Of a stretch of 64,000 bases of DNA, positions 1 through 11,598 are shown piece by piece. The stretch lies in NCBI RefSeq assembly GCF_009914755.1, contig NC_060936.1; one strand, written 5' to 3'. Every line of letters begins with the position of its first letter. Position 1 is the stretch's first letter. The stretch is from the human T2T-CHM13v2.0 reference genome, Homo sapiens. The notes under the pieces are model-generated. The model made no database searches and was not told the DNA's origin. It saw nothing but the letters and a program-made list of their open reading frames with translations. The position numbers and the translations under genes were made by a program.

Positions 1-1279
1 AGGATGGAGTTCTCTGCTCAGGATTACTCAGCTTAAATGAATGCTGGGAAAATTCCTGGACCATTCCAGGAGGCTGCAGAAGGAATACCTGATCATATTC
101 CTGGAATTTGTCACCTTGTCATGATTACCACAAACGTATCTTGGAGCTGGCATCTTCTCCAGGTCCTAAGACTTCTGTCAGCCTAATGACAGCCAGATCC
201 CTTTCCATCAGCCAACAATATTTGATGTGATACTTGGAACTGAAGATTACAAAGATTGGAAAGACTTGATGCAGGTTTCCTTCACCATAGCTAAGAACTA
301 CCTTTTTCATGTATTTCTGGTTTTCTGCTATTGACAATGTGCATTTTGAACAGAATTATAGAGCTTTCTATTATATTTAGCATTAAGGTCCTCATTTCCA
401 AAAGTTATTCTCTTATATAAAGGAACCAGGACAGCTTCAAAAAATGGTAGTCTAAGGTGAATAAAATTATGAGAAAAGTGCTTGAAGAGAAACATTGAGA
501 GCACAGCCGGCTTGAAAGTGTTCCTCCCTAACAAAATTTGGTATAACTTATGACAAGATAACCTGATGCATTGCTTCTAGAAAGGCCCTCTGATAGGAGT
601 ACTATATAGGTGTTGGATAAACTCAAACAAAACAAGGAGACAATTTCAGTAAGTCAAGTTGATATGCCTTTGGATTCTTCAAAAACTTAAGTCTTAGAAA
701 AAACCGTGTAGGGGGAGTATTTTATCAGTCTCCTTTAAGATCCTGCTTTCCAATCCATACATGTAGCCTCAAGCCTTAGAAGGGACCAAGGTGGAGACCC
801 CCACCTGCAAGCAGATGCCACAGTTGACCTAACACCCCCTCATAAACCTCATACAACCTGAAGGTTACCTTTCCCCATGAGTCTATTGTGTCTCCTAATG
901 AGCATGACACTCCTCAATATAGGTGCCCTAAAGAACAGCTGTCTCAGAGCTGGTGATCAAGTAGTAACAAGACCAGACCCTTCCTGCCAATCAGTGAAAA
1001 GTAGGTACTGCCCTAGACTTTACCTGTCTGCTCTAGACACAGGAATACTCCCAAATGAACCTTGCTTTTGAGAAAGGCACTTAGATGAGACATGGTAGAA
1101 GGCAGCTTCATTAGATAGTGGCCCTTCTAGAGCTAAAGATGGGAGGGAAGTAGAGTACTGAGGAGCATACCAGGCTGCTTCTCACTTTTGCCATCTAGAA
1201 CACCTTCCACCATGGCCACCTCAAGTTCCCACTTGAACAGAGGGGTCAAACAAGAAACAAGTTCCTGATTCAGGGTGGG

Positions 1280-1607
1280 TGCTGTGGTTTGTGTCCCCTT
1301 TAAGATTTGGGTATTGAAACTTAAAGACAGTGTGTGATAGTATTAAGGGTGAAGACTTTAACAGGCAATTTGGCAGTGGGGGCTCAGGCCCTCATGAGTG
1401 GGGCTTCATAGAAGATTTGGCTCTTTTGCTCTGTCCACTGAGTGAGGACACAGCAACAAGGCACCATCTTGGAATCAGAGCAGCCCTTATACAATTGAAT
1501 CTGATTCCTTAGCATCGGATTTCCTAGCCTTCAGAACTGTATGAGAAGTTGTCCTAAGTCACCCGGTCTGAAACATCCTGTTATAGCAGCCAAAATGGAC
1601 GAAGACA
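1280..1607 (+). mobile_element. MaLR solo LTR (MLT1A/MST-type)
   Basis: Starts TGCTGTGGTTT and ends GGACGAAGACA; internal GGCACCATCTTGGAA motif; 5-bp target-site duplication GTGGG at 1275-1279 and 1608-1612. Confidence 0.85.
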
Positions 1608-3072
1608 GTGGGAAAGTCCAAGCCATGTATGTTTGGATTGATGGCATCAGAAGAGGATCATGCTATGAGGTCCACCCCCAGGACAGCAGGCCCAAGTGTG
1701 TACAGTGAGTGGAGTTGATGGCTCTAGTGCTTTTCAATCTGAAGCCTGTAACAGTGACATCTCATCCCTGCTGCCATTTTGGGACTCTTCCTACAAGGAC
1801 CCTAGCCAGCTGGTGTTCTGTGAAGTCTAAGTATACCCCAAAACCTATGAAAGGTCAGTTTAAGACACGCCTGTAAATAGGTAAAGACATGGTGAACAAC
1901 CAGCATCCCTGATTTGGAATGCAACAGGAATATATTTCTTATAGCAGATGGGCATCCCTTCAGTTTGCCTTCCAGTGAATTCCCTGGGTCCCAAGGTTCA
2001 TATTGCTGCAGTGCAAAAGTAGACGTACTACCACAAGAATATCAAGGAGGCTCACTACCAAGTCTATTTATATATGGGCATGAGGATGCATGCCAAGGTC
2101 ATGAAAGCCCAGTGGGAATTTGATAGAGAAATGTGGAACAATTACATAGTGAGATCCTCTCAGGGTAGTCCATTTCATCTTGCATTGTGTGAAGACTTTG
2201 GAGCAATAGATTAGGATCAAAGGTGGTTATTCTTGGTAACTAGAATAGTGCAGGAGGTCATCCCAACTTCAGCACCAAGGCCATGCAAGAGAAGGTTGAA
2301 GTACATTGAGGCAGCCATTGAAAGACTAAGCCACTGATATCAGTGGCCAGATTCAGGTTTATGATCCCAAGGTGGTCCTGGACAATACCAAATGCCTAGC
2401 CAGATTCACAAAACCCGCAGCCATTAACTTCCCTGCTGGCATGGTCACCCATGGGGCCTGCGTCCCCCTTCCCTGGGCCATTGACCAGGAGAATGTTAAC
2501 TGAAGACCATCTGTGGTCACATCTGTGAGCTCTTCAGTGACAGAAGCCCTCATTTACACATCAATGATGCCAGCATTGAACTCTTCCAATACGGAAGCTG
2601 AGTGGACCACACCTTACCTTTCAAAGTCTTCCCACTTCATCCTACTCTCAACTCTCCCATTGTCCTAGTAGCTGTTAGGTAAAAGGTAGAACGTCAAGGT
2701 CTGTTTTTCATACCCAGTTATTAACTCCTGCTTTAGCTGGCCAGGATGGAGAGAACATGTTTTAATGTAATGTTCACTTTTTCCTCTAATCACTGAAGCT
2801 TTCTAGTGATTTTTAGTGATGGGGGTGAAAAAAAGTGACCCCTGATTCCATGGAATCAGGTATGTTTGCCCAACAGATGTAGCTATCCAGAGAAGTATAT
2901 CTGGAGGATTTTTCTTTAAGATTGATGAAAGGGGAAGGTCTGATGGTTAGGTTAGGATTTATCTTGGAAAGTTGGTTAAAGTAGAAAGTTGGTTAAAGGA
3001 AAAGGAGAACTAGAGATTGAAGAAAATGTCCTTGGTCTCTTACTGTTTCCCATGCTTGAGTCTAAGTGCCTC

Positions 3073-3890
3073 TGTTGGGGAAAACACTTCTATTCAATAC
3101 TTATCCCAGAAGACTTCTGTAACCAAGAGTGTAGGGGTTTCTCCAACAAGTAGTCAGTCCTGCAGTGGATATCAGCTGAGGATCCAATTTAAATTGACAC
3201 TATCCACCTGGAGTTAGCATCCCATCCAGATTGAAAGCTCAATCCCACAGGACAGCCCCCCTCTCCCCACCAGGCAGAAGTCTGGGCCTTCAGAACTCCT
3301 GATTAGCATTCAATTGGGATCTACCATGAATTGGATTCAGTGAATTTGGTAGAGCAGCTTGGGGAACTCAGCAAAACTTATGTTTGTTTTATAAAGATTA
3401 CAAAGGAAACAGACACACATAGGCTAAATATGGCAGAAGAGGTATGAAGCTGCCATGCCTTCCCTGGGCCACCTTCCAGGGAACTCCACATGTTCAGCTG
3501 TCTAAAAGCTCCCCAGATCTGGTCCTCTTGGACCTTTCATGGAGACATGAGATGGCTGTGACTGACAACCATGTAGAAATGTGATTGGATAAAGATTATC
3601 TGAACAGGGAAACTCAGCAAGGCCTAACTCTTCCAATTCTTCCCAACATCTCTGTAGCATTCCTTCCCTCCAAAGTGTGGGGCAGGACCCCTTTTCTCAG
3701 ATGGGGTCTTGTGGCCTAGAAATCAGACAATAAGTTCTGATAATTCCTTTTATCGCTAGCTCCAAGACAGGAAGGCAGGGGAAGATTCCTGCCGTGGGGA
3801 GAGAAAGGCAATGAAAAGGCAGTAGGAGAATGAGATTGTTTTGAGGCCTGCTTCTAAGGTCTAAAATGCTTCTGAGGTCTAAAAAGTCCT
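3073..3890 (-). mobile_element. MER21-family (ERV LTR) element
   Basis: TTGACACTATCCACCTGGAGTTAGCATC...GCTCAATCCCACAGGACAGCCCCC (about 3194-3260) matches the reverse complement of the MER21 motif as I recall it. Ends are approximate. Confidence 0.65.
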
Positions 3891-5899
3891 ATCAATGTCC
3901 TTGCCTGAAGGCAAAGTTCAGAGTATAAGCTGGTTGATCTCTATCCTAAAAAAATCTTATTGGTTGGTTTTTCGTTTAGGTTTTTATTAAGTATAAAAAC
4001 AGGTCATCCACACATAGCAATGTGCTTTTCTAGAGAAAACCATCCTACTCACCGAGAGCCAGGATTGAGGTGAGTAATCTGGTTAGACATAAGGATCTCC
4101 TTTTGAGTGGGGATCAGGAAGGTGGTCCTTAAAAGTTGGCTATTTGGCTCTGCTATTCCCTCATTACCACTTAAGGGTTTCCTGTGCCCTGCTTATTCTG
4201 GAGAGGTAGACACTGGTCATATCTATAGCAGCCACCTGAGCCCCATGGCTGTAGTGTAAAAGACACCTGTACTTGTATACAAAAAAAGTTTAGAAATGTT
4301 CGACTTGAACATGTTACTGACAAGGGAGTAAAGACTGGTTATTTTCTGATGGCACTGGTTATTAAAGCAGACCTGAAAAAAGTAAGTGATAGCAACCCTT
4401 CTATTGGCATATTGCTTTCTAGGATGCTACTTGAGTTTCTTAATTTAGGAAAACATGCTTTTAATTTCATTGCAAGATTTCTAACCACATCAGGGAATAC
4501 TACTTTATCCAATATGTGAGCTACATTCTCATTATGATAGAAAGTGTATCCCCAGACGCATCCTGTAAGAAGACTGGAGTTCAAAGTATTTCAAAGGACA
4601 GAAGAAATCAAAATGTGGCTCATGCAGTTGTTTTAGACTTTTGCCTTCCTCCATCACTGGGCCAAGTGGACCTTCCAAAGTTTCCTTGGATCCTTCTATA
4701 AGACCAACCCTAATTCGTGTTTAGGAAATTACACTGAGCACTTTAGGAAAACTGGGCCTTTATGATACTTAAGCTAAAAGAATAATTCTGTCTCCCTTCA
4801 TGTAGCTCTAGGACCATAAGACAAGACTGCTTGAAGTGTTAGGTTTCTAGTTCTATAATCCCCATAGCCAACTAGTCTGCCTCCCCATGAGTCAACAAGG
4901 TGTTTGGAGAGATGGCGTCAGCTATGTTCGTTGAGACCAACAGACAGGCAGATGTAGAGATTGCCAATGTATGTCCTCAAAGTAATCCCTCGCCATGTTA
5001 GAGATGGGTAAGAAAGTCATTCAGGAAGAAACTTAAGAGTAGTTCAGCAATGCCTCTAGAAAGGCTTAAGACACAGCAAGAATTCTTGGTTTAATCCTTC
5101 ACCAAGTTTCTTGTGAACCCTTCAGTCCAAAGGTCTGCAAGACATTGCCTTCAAGAAAAGGCAAAAGTTCTGAAGTCCTACAGTAGTGGCCCGAGAGGTT
5201 AAGTCAGTATGTGGCTCAAGATGGCCTGCGTTACATGATATAGGTCTCCACGGAGATAGTTATTGGTTCACCTAAAACCTTTCAGGTAACCAGACCAACC
5301 CAGCAACAAGGGAAAGAGATTTCTGTAGAAGTTACCCACATGCAGTCCCTCACTCCCCAAACTAAGGACAACATTTATGCTGTCAACGTCCAGAAATCCG
5401 ATTTAGTGATAAGAGTCCATAGAGAAGGAACCTCATAGAAGTAGCCACGAGGGCACTCAGGTGAGGCTACAACCAGATTCAGTTGCCACTGCAGCATCTT
5501 CAACAAGGTCAAATCTGTTCAGAGTTGGCCCCAGTGACTGATGGGTCCTTATCCTAAGCCTGATGCTCAGTGCCACACAGACATGGGAGAATAAGCAACT
5601 TTACCTTCTCTGGGTTCTGACTTGATACCCCCCATAGTGGCTCCTGCTCCAGGACCCAGGATAAAGGCACTCTCAGAAGGAAAGTTAGAGAAAAGATATA
5701 CCTGTTTATTCTGCAAGTGTAAATGAAAGGTTAAGTAGAATAAACGTAAATGATAGCATGGGCATGCAATAAGATATACAAAGTGGGACAAATCTGTGGA
5801 ACAGCCAGCCACCTTTTTGAGAAGTATGTGATGGGAAGAAAAAGAAACCTGCAGTTTAAGACATAGCAACTTACTAGATAAGGTAGCATGAGGAAAAAC

Positions 5900-6250
5900 A
5901 GGTAACAACCAACTATGTTTTAAGGTTATTTGAATCAGGATTTGACTTGATTTGAATCAGGATTCAAATAAAAAGTCAAGACATGTATGACACTTGGAAT
6001 CTGAAGTTTGGAAACTGATGGGTTATATCTAGTGATAAACTGGTTAAGCTTCTTTTTAGGTATTGAAGTATTACATGATGGCTAAAAACCCTTTAGAGAT
6101 ATCTGAGTAGGTTGAGGGCTAACATTGGCTTCAAATGACTCAGGGAAAGTAGATGGGGGCACATATGAAACAAGACTAGCCACGAATGGTAATTGCTAGC
6201 TGTGGGCATTTGAAAGTTAGAGCTACTGTCTAGTTTGACATGTCTGAGGA
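5900..6250 (+). mobile_element. L1MC4-like 3' fragment embedded in the tandem unit (copy 1)
   Basis: GACATGTATGACACTTGGAATCTGAAG...TTTAGAGATA...ATGAAACAAGACTAGCCACGAATGGTAATTG resembles the L1MC 3' UTR; paralogous to 15140-15480 and 20450-20800. Confidence 0.6.
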
Positions 6251-9200
6251 CTTAAGTTTAAACAAAGCTTCCAGGCCACCTGAAAGGCCAGGACAGTTTT
6301 GGTTTACATAGATTCAGGGACTACAGGAAAGGTAAACATTCTAGGGGACTGCAGACAGCTGTTTCATTCCTTGGTTCAAGGAGAAGAATTTCTAGGGAGT
6401 TGCAGAACTTATTCTACTGAAATCTCACCTTGAGAAGATCTGAATGCTTTTGTTTTCATTTTGGCTAAAAGGATATCCATAGGCCAATTGGAGGCCCTTG
6501 TGCTTGACACTGAGTCAATATCAGGGAAGTTGACACCAAATTTGTTCACTTTGACATTCACTATTAGAATTCTAGTACAAGTGACCCCATGGCAGTGACA
6601 GAGCATTCCCCTAACTCAATGGGAGGGGAAAGCTGCAACCCAGGACAGTGCTGATACCATCAAGGGGCCTGCCCAATGAAGCCTGGATGGAAGCTTATAC
6701 CAAGTCTGCACATGCAGATAGATTCTGGAGTCAATGTGAGGGATGACTTGCTGAGGAATAGCATGCAAAGGATGCCCAAGGAAATGTAGATTGGAGCCCT
6801 GCCCTCCTTAAGACAGATATCCATATTCATGCCAAGCATATACTTTGGCATTAGTCTTTCCTGAAGCCATGTTTGGCTAGGATTAAGGACTTCCAGCCTT
6901 CTTGAAGATGACAATATCTAAGTCTGGTTAAGTAAATTTTACTTAAAAGTAGCTTCGATATTATAGAAAATAGGTAAAATACTAGGTAAACCATAGGATC
7001 AAGATTCATCCCAGACATAACCAAAGGAAAAAGCCAGCTTTCCAAAGGATAGGAGTTCAACTATGTTATCAAGCTCTGTTTCATCAATAGTGGGGCTTCT
7101 GCTGTGTCTCTAGATGATGCCTTAAGAAACACCCACTCCCCGTGAGGGATGTTACCAAGAAGTCAAGAACCACCAGTAACTTTGAAAAGTCCAGGTTAGT
7201 CATCTTTAGTTAATGCACATTCTGGATTAGTCGGTCATAAGAATGTGACAGAAGCATGGAAGGGGCTAGTGTAAATATTAAGGTCCTACCTTCTAGACCT
7301 GTAGAAGTGCTTGGACATGACACCACTCAAAAGAAAATGCTATCTATACTACACTCTCCCTGTGGGACTGATTGTCAGAACATATGGAGAAAGGCAAGTT
7401 CACAGGTGGTATTCAGCACCTTTAGTGATGGGGACGTTTTGATGGGAGAGATTTACAAGGCAGCCCAAGCTGTCATGCAGATGGAGTTAGTGATGACCAT
7501 GAAGTGAGAAACTGGACACTTCCCATCAATTGCTGAAAATCTGGCACTGGCCACAAGCTTCAGACTTTCTTCTGGGCTCAGAAACAAGTCCAGGTACACT
7601 TAGTTTAATAAACGTGAAGGGTACCCAGTTGAAATAGTGGTCCATTAAGAAAGCTGCTTTCTATTAACATCTTACCTTCCAAGCTGCTACTTCATTTATT
7701 TCTGGAGAGATAACTTAAGAAGCCTATTGAGTGCTTCTAGTTTTGCTGTAATGCTCCTAAACTCAGATCATGAAGCTAGTCCATTTCATGTGAAGTCAGC
7801 TCTAGTTCACATTATTCTTTGGCCTGGTAATCACAAAAGCATTAGATAGCAACTGCACTACCATAAATTTGGAAGGACTAGAAGAATCGGGGCTCATGCT
7901 AGCTGTTCTTAGAGGTCCCACAAGAGAAGTTTCTTCATCTTCAGAGAAGGGGACATTCCAGCATTTCCCTGCTTCTTTCATTCCAGAGTAATCCACTTAC
8001 TGATCTCCAAGAATCCATAAGCTGGTACATCAGGATAATAGGGCTAAGAAATGTAAACCGGATAAAGAGTCCTTGATCTCCTTTTCCAGGAGGCACCAAG
8101 ACCATCAGAAAACAAAGTTGTTCTTCCTTAGTGTCAAGTTTCTCTAATCCCAAAGCTTCCATGGCCAACCAGTCTGCTTCCCCATCATGAAGCACAGGCA
8201 TTTAAGAAGTTTATGTCAGCTTATTTGAGAGCCAATAGAAATAGATTTGGTGAAGACTATGAAGACAAATGTTTTTCCAAAGTCTTCCCTTTGTAACCCT
8301 TGTAAGAGATGGGCAAGAGACATTCAGGAAAGCTGGAATGGTAAACAGATTAACAATGCCTCTGGAAAGCTTACAACAGTAACAAGAACTTATGGCCTCT
8401 ACCTATTGGCTTCTAGGGGTTGAGCCAAAACCTTTACTCCAAAGGCTTGATAAGCATAGGTGTAAGCAAGGGGACAAGACCAGAAATCCTATAGCAGCAA
8501 CCTCAGTTTTTCTACCTCTTCTGAGTTCTTGACTTAATGTGAATCAAGATGGTCAGTTGGTAGTAGACATCTCCTTGGAGATGCAACTGGTTGGGTTTAT
8601 TCAAAACTTGATCAAGTACCTAAACCCACCTTGCTTCAAAGCATGATTGATCTGTCTTCTAGTTATCTACATGCAGTGTTTGAAACAAGTTCCCACCCCA
8701 AGAGGGCTTCTATCAGCTGTCTTCTGGTTTTCTCAGAGATAGCCCTCCAGGTTAGCCTCTATCTTCAATGAAGCTATTAGTGTTTAATGCCCCTTTTCCC
8801 ATAGCCTCTGTAGTGCTTGCGAGTGCCCTTTGGCCTGAACTTCTCCACACCACTGCATATGAAGTCAGTTCTTTTGAGGAGGGATTTGGAGCTCTGTTCT
8901 ATTTCTCTCCACACTAAGGAAAAATGCAAGCTGTGACTAGTGCTAGGGATAACAATGGGAAGCCTAGACACCCCTTTTTAGGAGACCTTGATGAAAGGTG
9001 AAGAGCAACTCCAGGTTTCCTCAGCTTGCCTCTGTGTGAAACCCCTGCATTGTGAGCCCTAGTATTCTTAACACCTAGCCCAAGATAGAGCCTCTATCCC
9101 ATAAATGGGAGCTGGATAGAAGACAAGAGCCCTACCTTCCAGCCAAGCACACATGGGATTAGCCTCAGCAACAGGTAGGCTAGAGGCAGGACAAGAAATC

Positions 9201-9702
9201 CTTATGTTCTGCCCCTCCATGAAAAGTAGCCCTCCAAATGGGAGCTGGGTGGGTGCAGGGGAGTCCCTTGCTCTTGGCTGTCTCATGTTGGAGTGTATTT
9301 TCTCACACTGAGCTGAGCTGAAAAGCAGGTGTAGATCTTGAGTTTGTGGTATTTGAACCAAGTTCTTAAGTTTTAGATTAATTCTTACTGTATGACCTTA
9401 GGGCCATTTCAGAGACCAAGTGGATTTAAGCAATTTTTGACAGTTTCATGGGATAAGGTTCACTATCAAGATTTTCATTGCCTTGGGAAAGTAGAACTCA
9501 GCATGACTCTGTTCATGAGCATGCATACAAATTGTTTACTTCAGAGTAATGCATGATGGGGAATTTCCTTGAATAAACCAATGAAAGATTGAGACTTTGC
9601 GAGGATACTTAGGTCAGGGGGCTTATACAGTACAATGTGGAACACTTGCCTGGGTCTGTCTTCATACTTCCAGATAGCGTTGGGTACTTTTGTAAAGGCA
9701 TT

Positions 9703-10061
9703 TGATATGGTTTGTCTGTGTCCCCACACAAACCTCACCTTGAATTGTAATAACCCCACGTGTCGAGTGGAACCAGGTAGAGATATTTGAATCATGGGGT
9801 CAGTTTCCCCTATACCGTTCTCATGACAGTGAGTTCTCATAAGATCTGCTGGTTTTATAAGGGGTTTCCCCTGCTTCATTTGGCTCTCATTCTCCTCTTG
9901 CCTGCTTTCGTGTAAGACATGCCTTTATTCCTCCTTGCCTCCCACCATGATTGTGAGGCCTCCCCAGCCACGTGGAACTGTGAGTCAATTAAATCTCTTT
10001 TTCTTTGCAGATTACTCAGTCTCGGGTATGTGTATCAGCAATGTGAAAACGGACTAGTACA
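9703..10061 (+). mobile_element. THE1D-like MaLR solo LTR
   Basis: TGATATGGTTTG start; CCATGATTGTGAGGCCTCCCCAGCCACGTGGAACTGTGAGTCAATTAAA; ends GGACTAGTACA. No intact 5-bp TSD seen. Confidence 0.9.
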
Positions 10062-11404
10062 TCTCTAGAGGCACATGCCATGTGGTCCAGCCATAATTAT
10101 TTGTTGTCACAACTAAGTTTCCTTTCTATATGAAAAGATTATATTGATCAGAATTCTAAATGTCTTATGTGTTTTTTAATAGAAAGTTTCCATTATATCA
10201 ACACAAGGTCCCTGCTAATCATGAGGGGGTCTGTATATGCATAGGGTAGTTGACATAAACCAAGAATGGTGACTTCAGTAACATTCACCATTGGGTCATT
10301 TTCTAATTGATGTAACCCAGTGACAATGACAGTGTTCCCCTAACCAGGGGGGAACTTACAACTCAGCACCAGTGCAGACACCAGAAATAGGCCTGTCCCA
10401 CATGGCAGGAGGCTCCTACCAAGTCTGTACCTGCAGGTAGATGTGAGAGTTAAGGTCAGGGAGAACTCACCAAGGAACAATGGCACCCATTCCAAGAGCT
10501 CTGCATTCCAAGACAGATTTCCATGTTTATGCTCCCAGTTGTCAGATCTTTACCCAAGAAGAGAGTTCAGAATTTCTGAGGAACTGGAAGAGGAACCCCA
10601 GGCGACTGGTCAGGTGACCCTGCAACTGCTCTTCTCTGTACCGTGGGATCTAGGGTTCAGTTTCCCCGGTTGGGATCTCAGGGAGATGCTTACTTCCCTC
10701 TGCCCTTCTAAGCCTCAGCCTCCCTATGCAAAGATGCCAAGCATAGTTCCTCCCTAGCCTCTTCATTTGGAGCACAGCTGCAATTTGCTCAAACTACAGT
10801 CAGGATTTAGTAAGCAGGGATTTGAGGATGTAAAGTTCTATCACTTACACTTCTAATAACTAGACTGAGAAATCATGACCCCCTCTAACCTGTATAGCTT
10901 CTGTCTTACCTGAGAAAGCTTACTGGTTTCTTCTCTGAGGCTCCCAGCCTCCCACCATGGAGCCAGGAAGACCAAGAAAGGGATAAGCCAGAAAAAGCAT
11001 ATAATAGCAGCTTTACCAGATTAAGTCAAAACCTAGATAATACATGCTTGTTCCAGCTAAGTAAACTCTTGCTACAAGTCCCTGTCAACTTAAATATTGT
11101 CTCCCAGCTCCCCATCTTCAGGAACAGAAAACCCTTACCTGCCTGATAGCCAAGGTAATGGCTGAGACTTCTCTGGCCTTAGAGGGAACAAAAAACCTAT
11201 ACTTGCCACAAGCATCATTCTCATTTGGTAAGAGCCTGGGAGTGTCTAGTCCTCTAGGGATCCCCTTAGTTCCAAGGTTGAGTGATACTACTCTATTGGC
11301 AGAACTCTGCCTCGCTTTTCTCTGGAATCTTCTTGTGGCATCTCCAAGATCAGAAGCAGCTTTGTGGCCTTTCCTAGGTATAGGGTGGGATTTTTTTTTC
11401 TTTT

Positions 11405-11598
11405 GGTAGTGCTGGCTTGATAGTGGTGAATTCTCTCAGCATTTGTCTGAAGACGACTCATTCTTTTATGAAGCTTAGTTTTGCTGGATACAAAATTCTT
11501 GGCTGACAATTATTTTGTTTCAGGAGGTTAAAGATGGGGCCCCAATTCCTTCTGGCTTGTGAGATTTCTGCTGATTAAATCTGCTGTTAACCTATAAA
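11405..11598 (-). mobile_element. L1PB-like internal ORF1 fragment (antisense)
   Basis: GCTGGATACAAAATTCTTGGCTGACAATTATTTTGTTTCAGGAGG...TCTGCTGTTAA matches L1 ORF1 antisense; ORF 11288-11509 begins SAKNFVSSKTKLHK, an L1 ORF1-region frame. Confidence 0.85.

Noticed and set aside
3073-3890. MER21 LTR as the CYP19A1 placental promoter, which would identify the locus
   Set aside because: MER21 is abundant and I recognised no CYP19A1 exon sequence; locus identity cannot be assigned from this.
7135-7149. 15-bp match ACTCCCCGTGAGGGA with about 28621
   Set aside because: A few exact 15-mer matches are expected by chance in 64 kb, and the flanks do not align.
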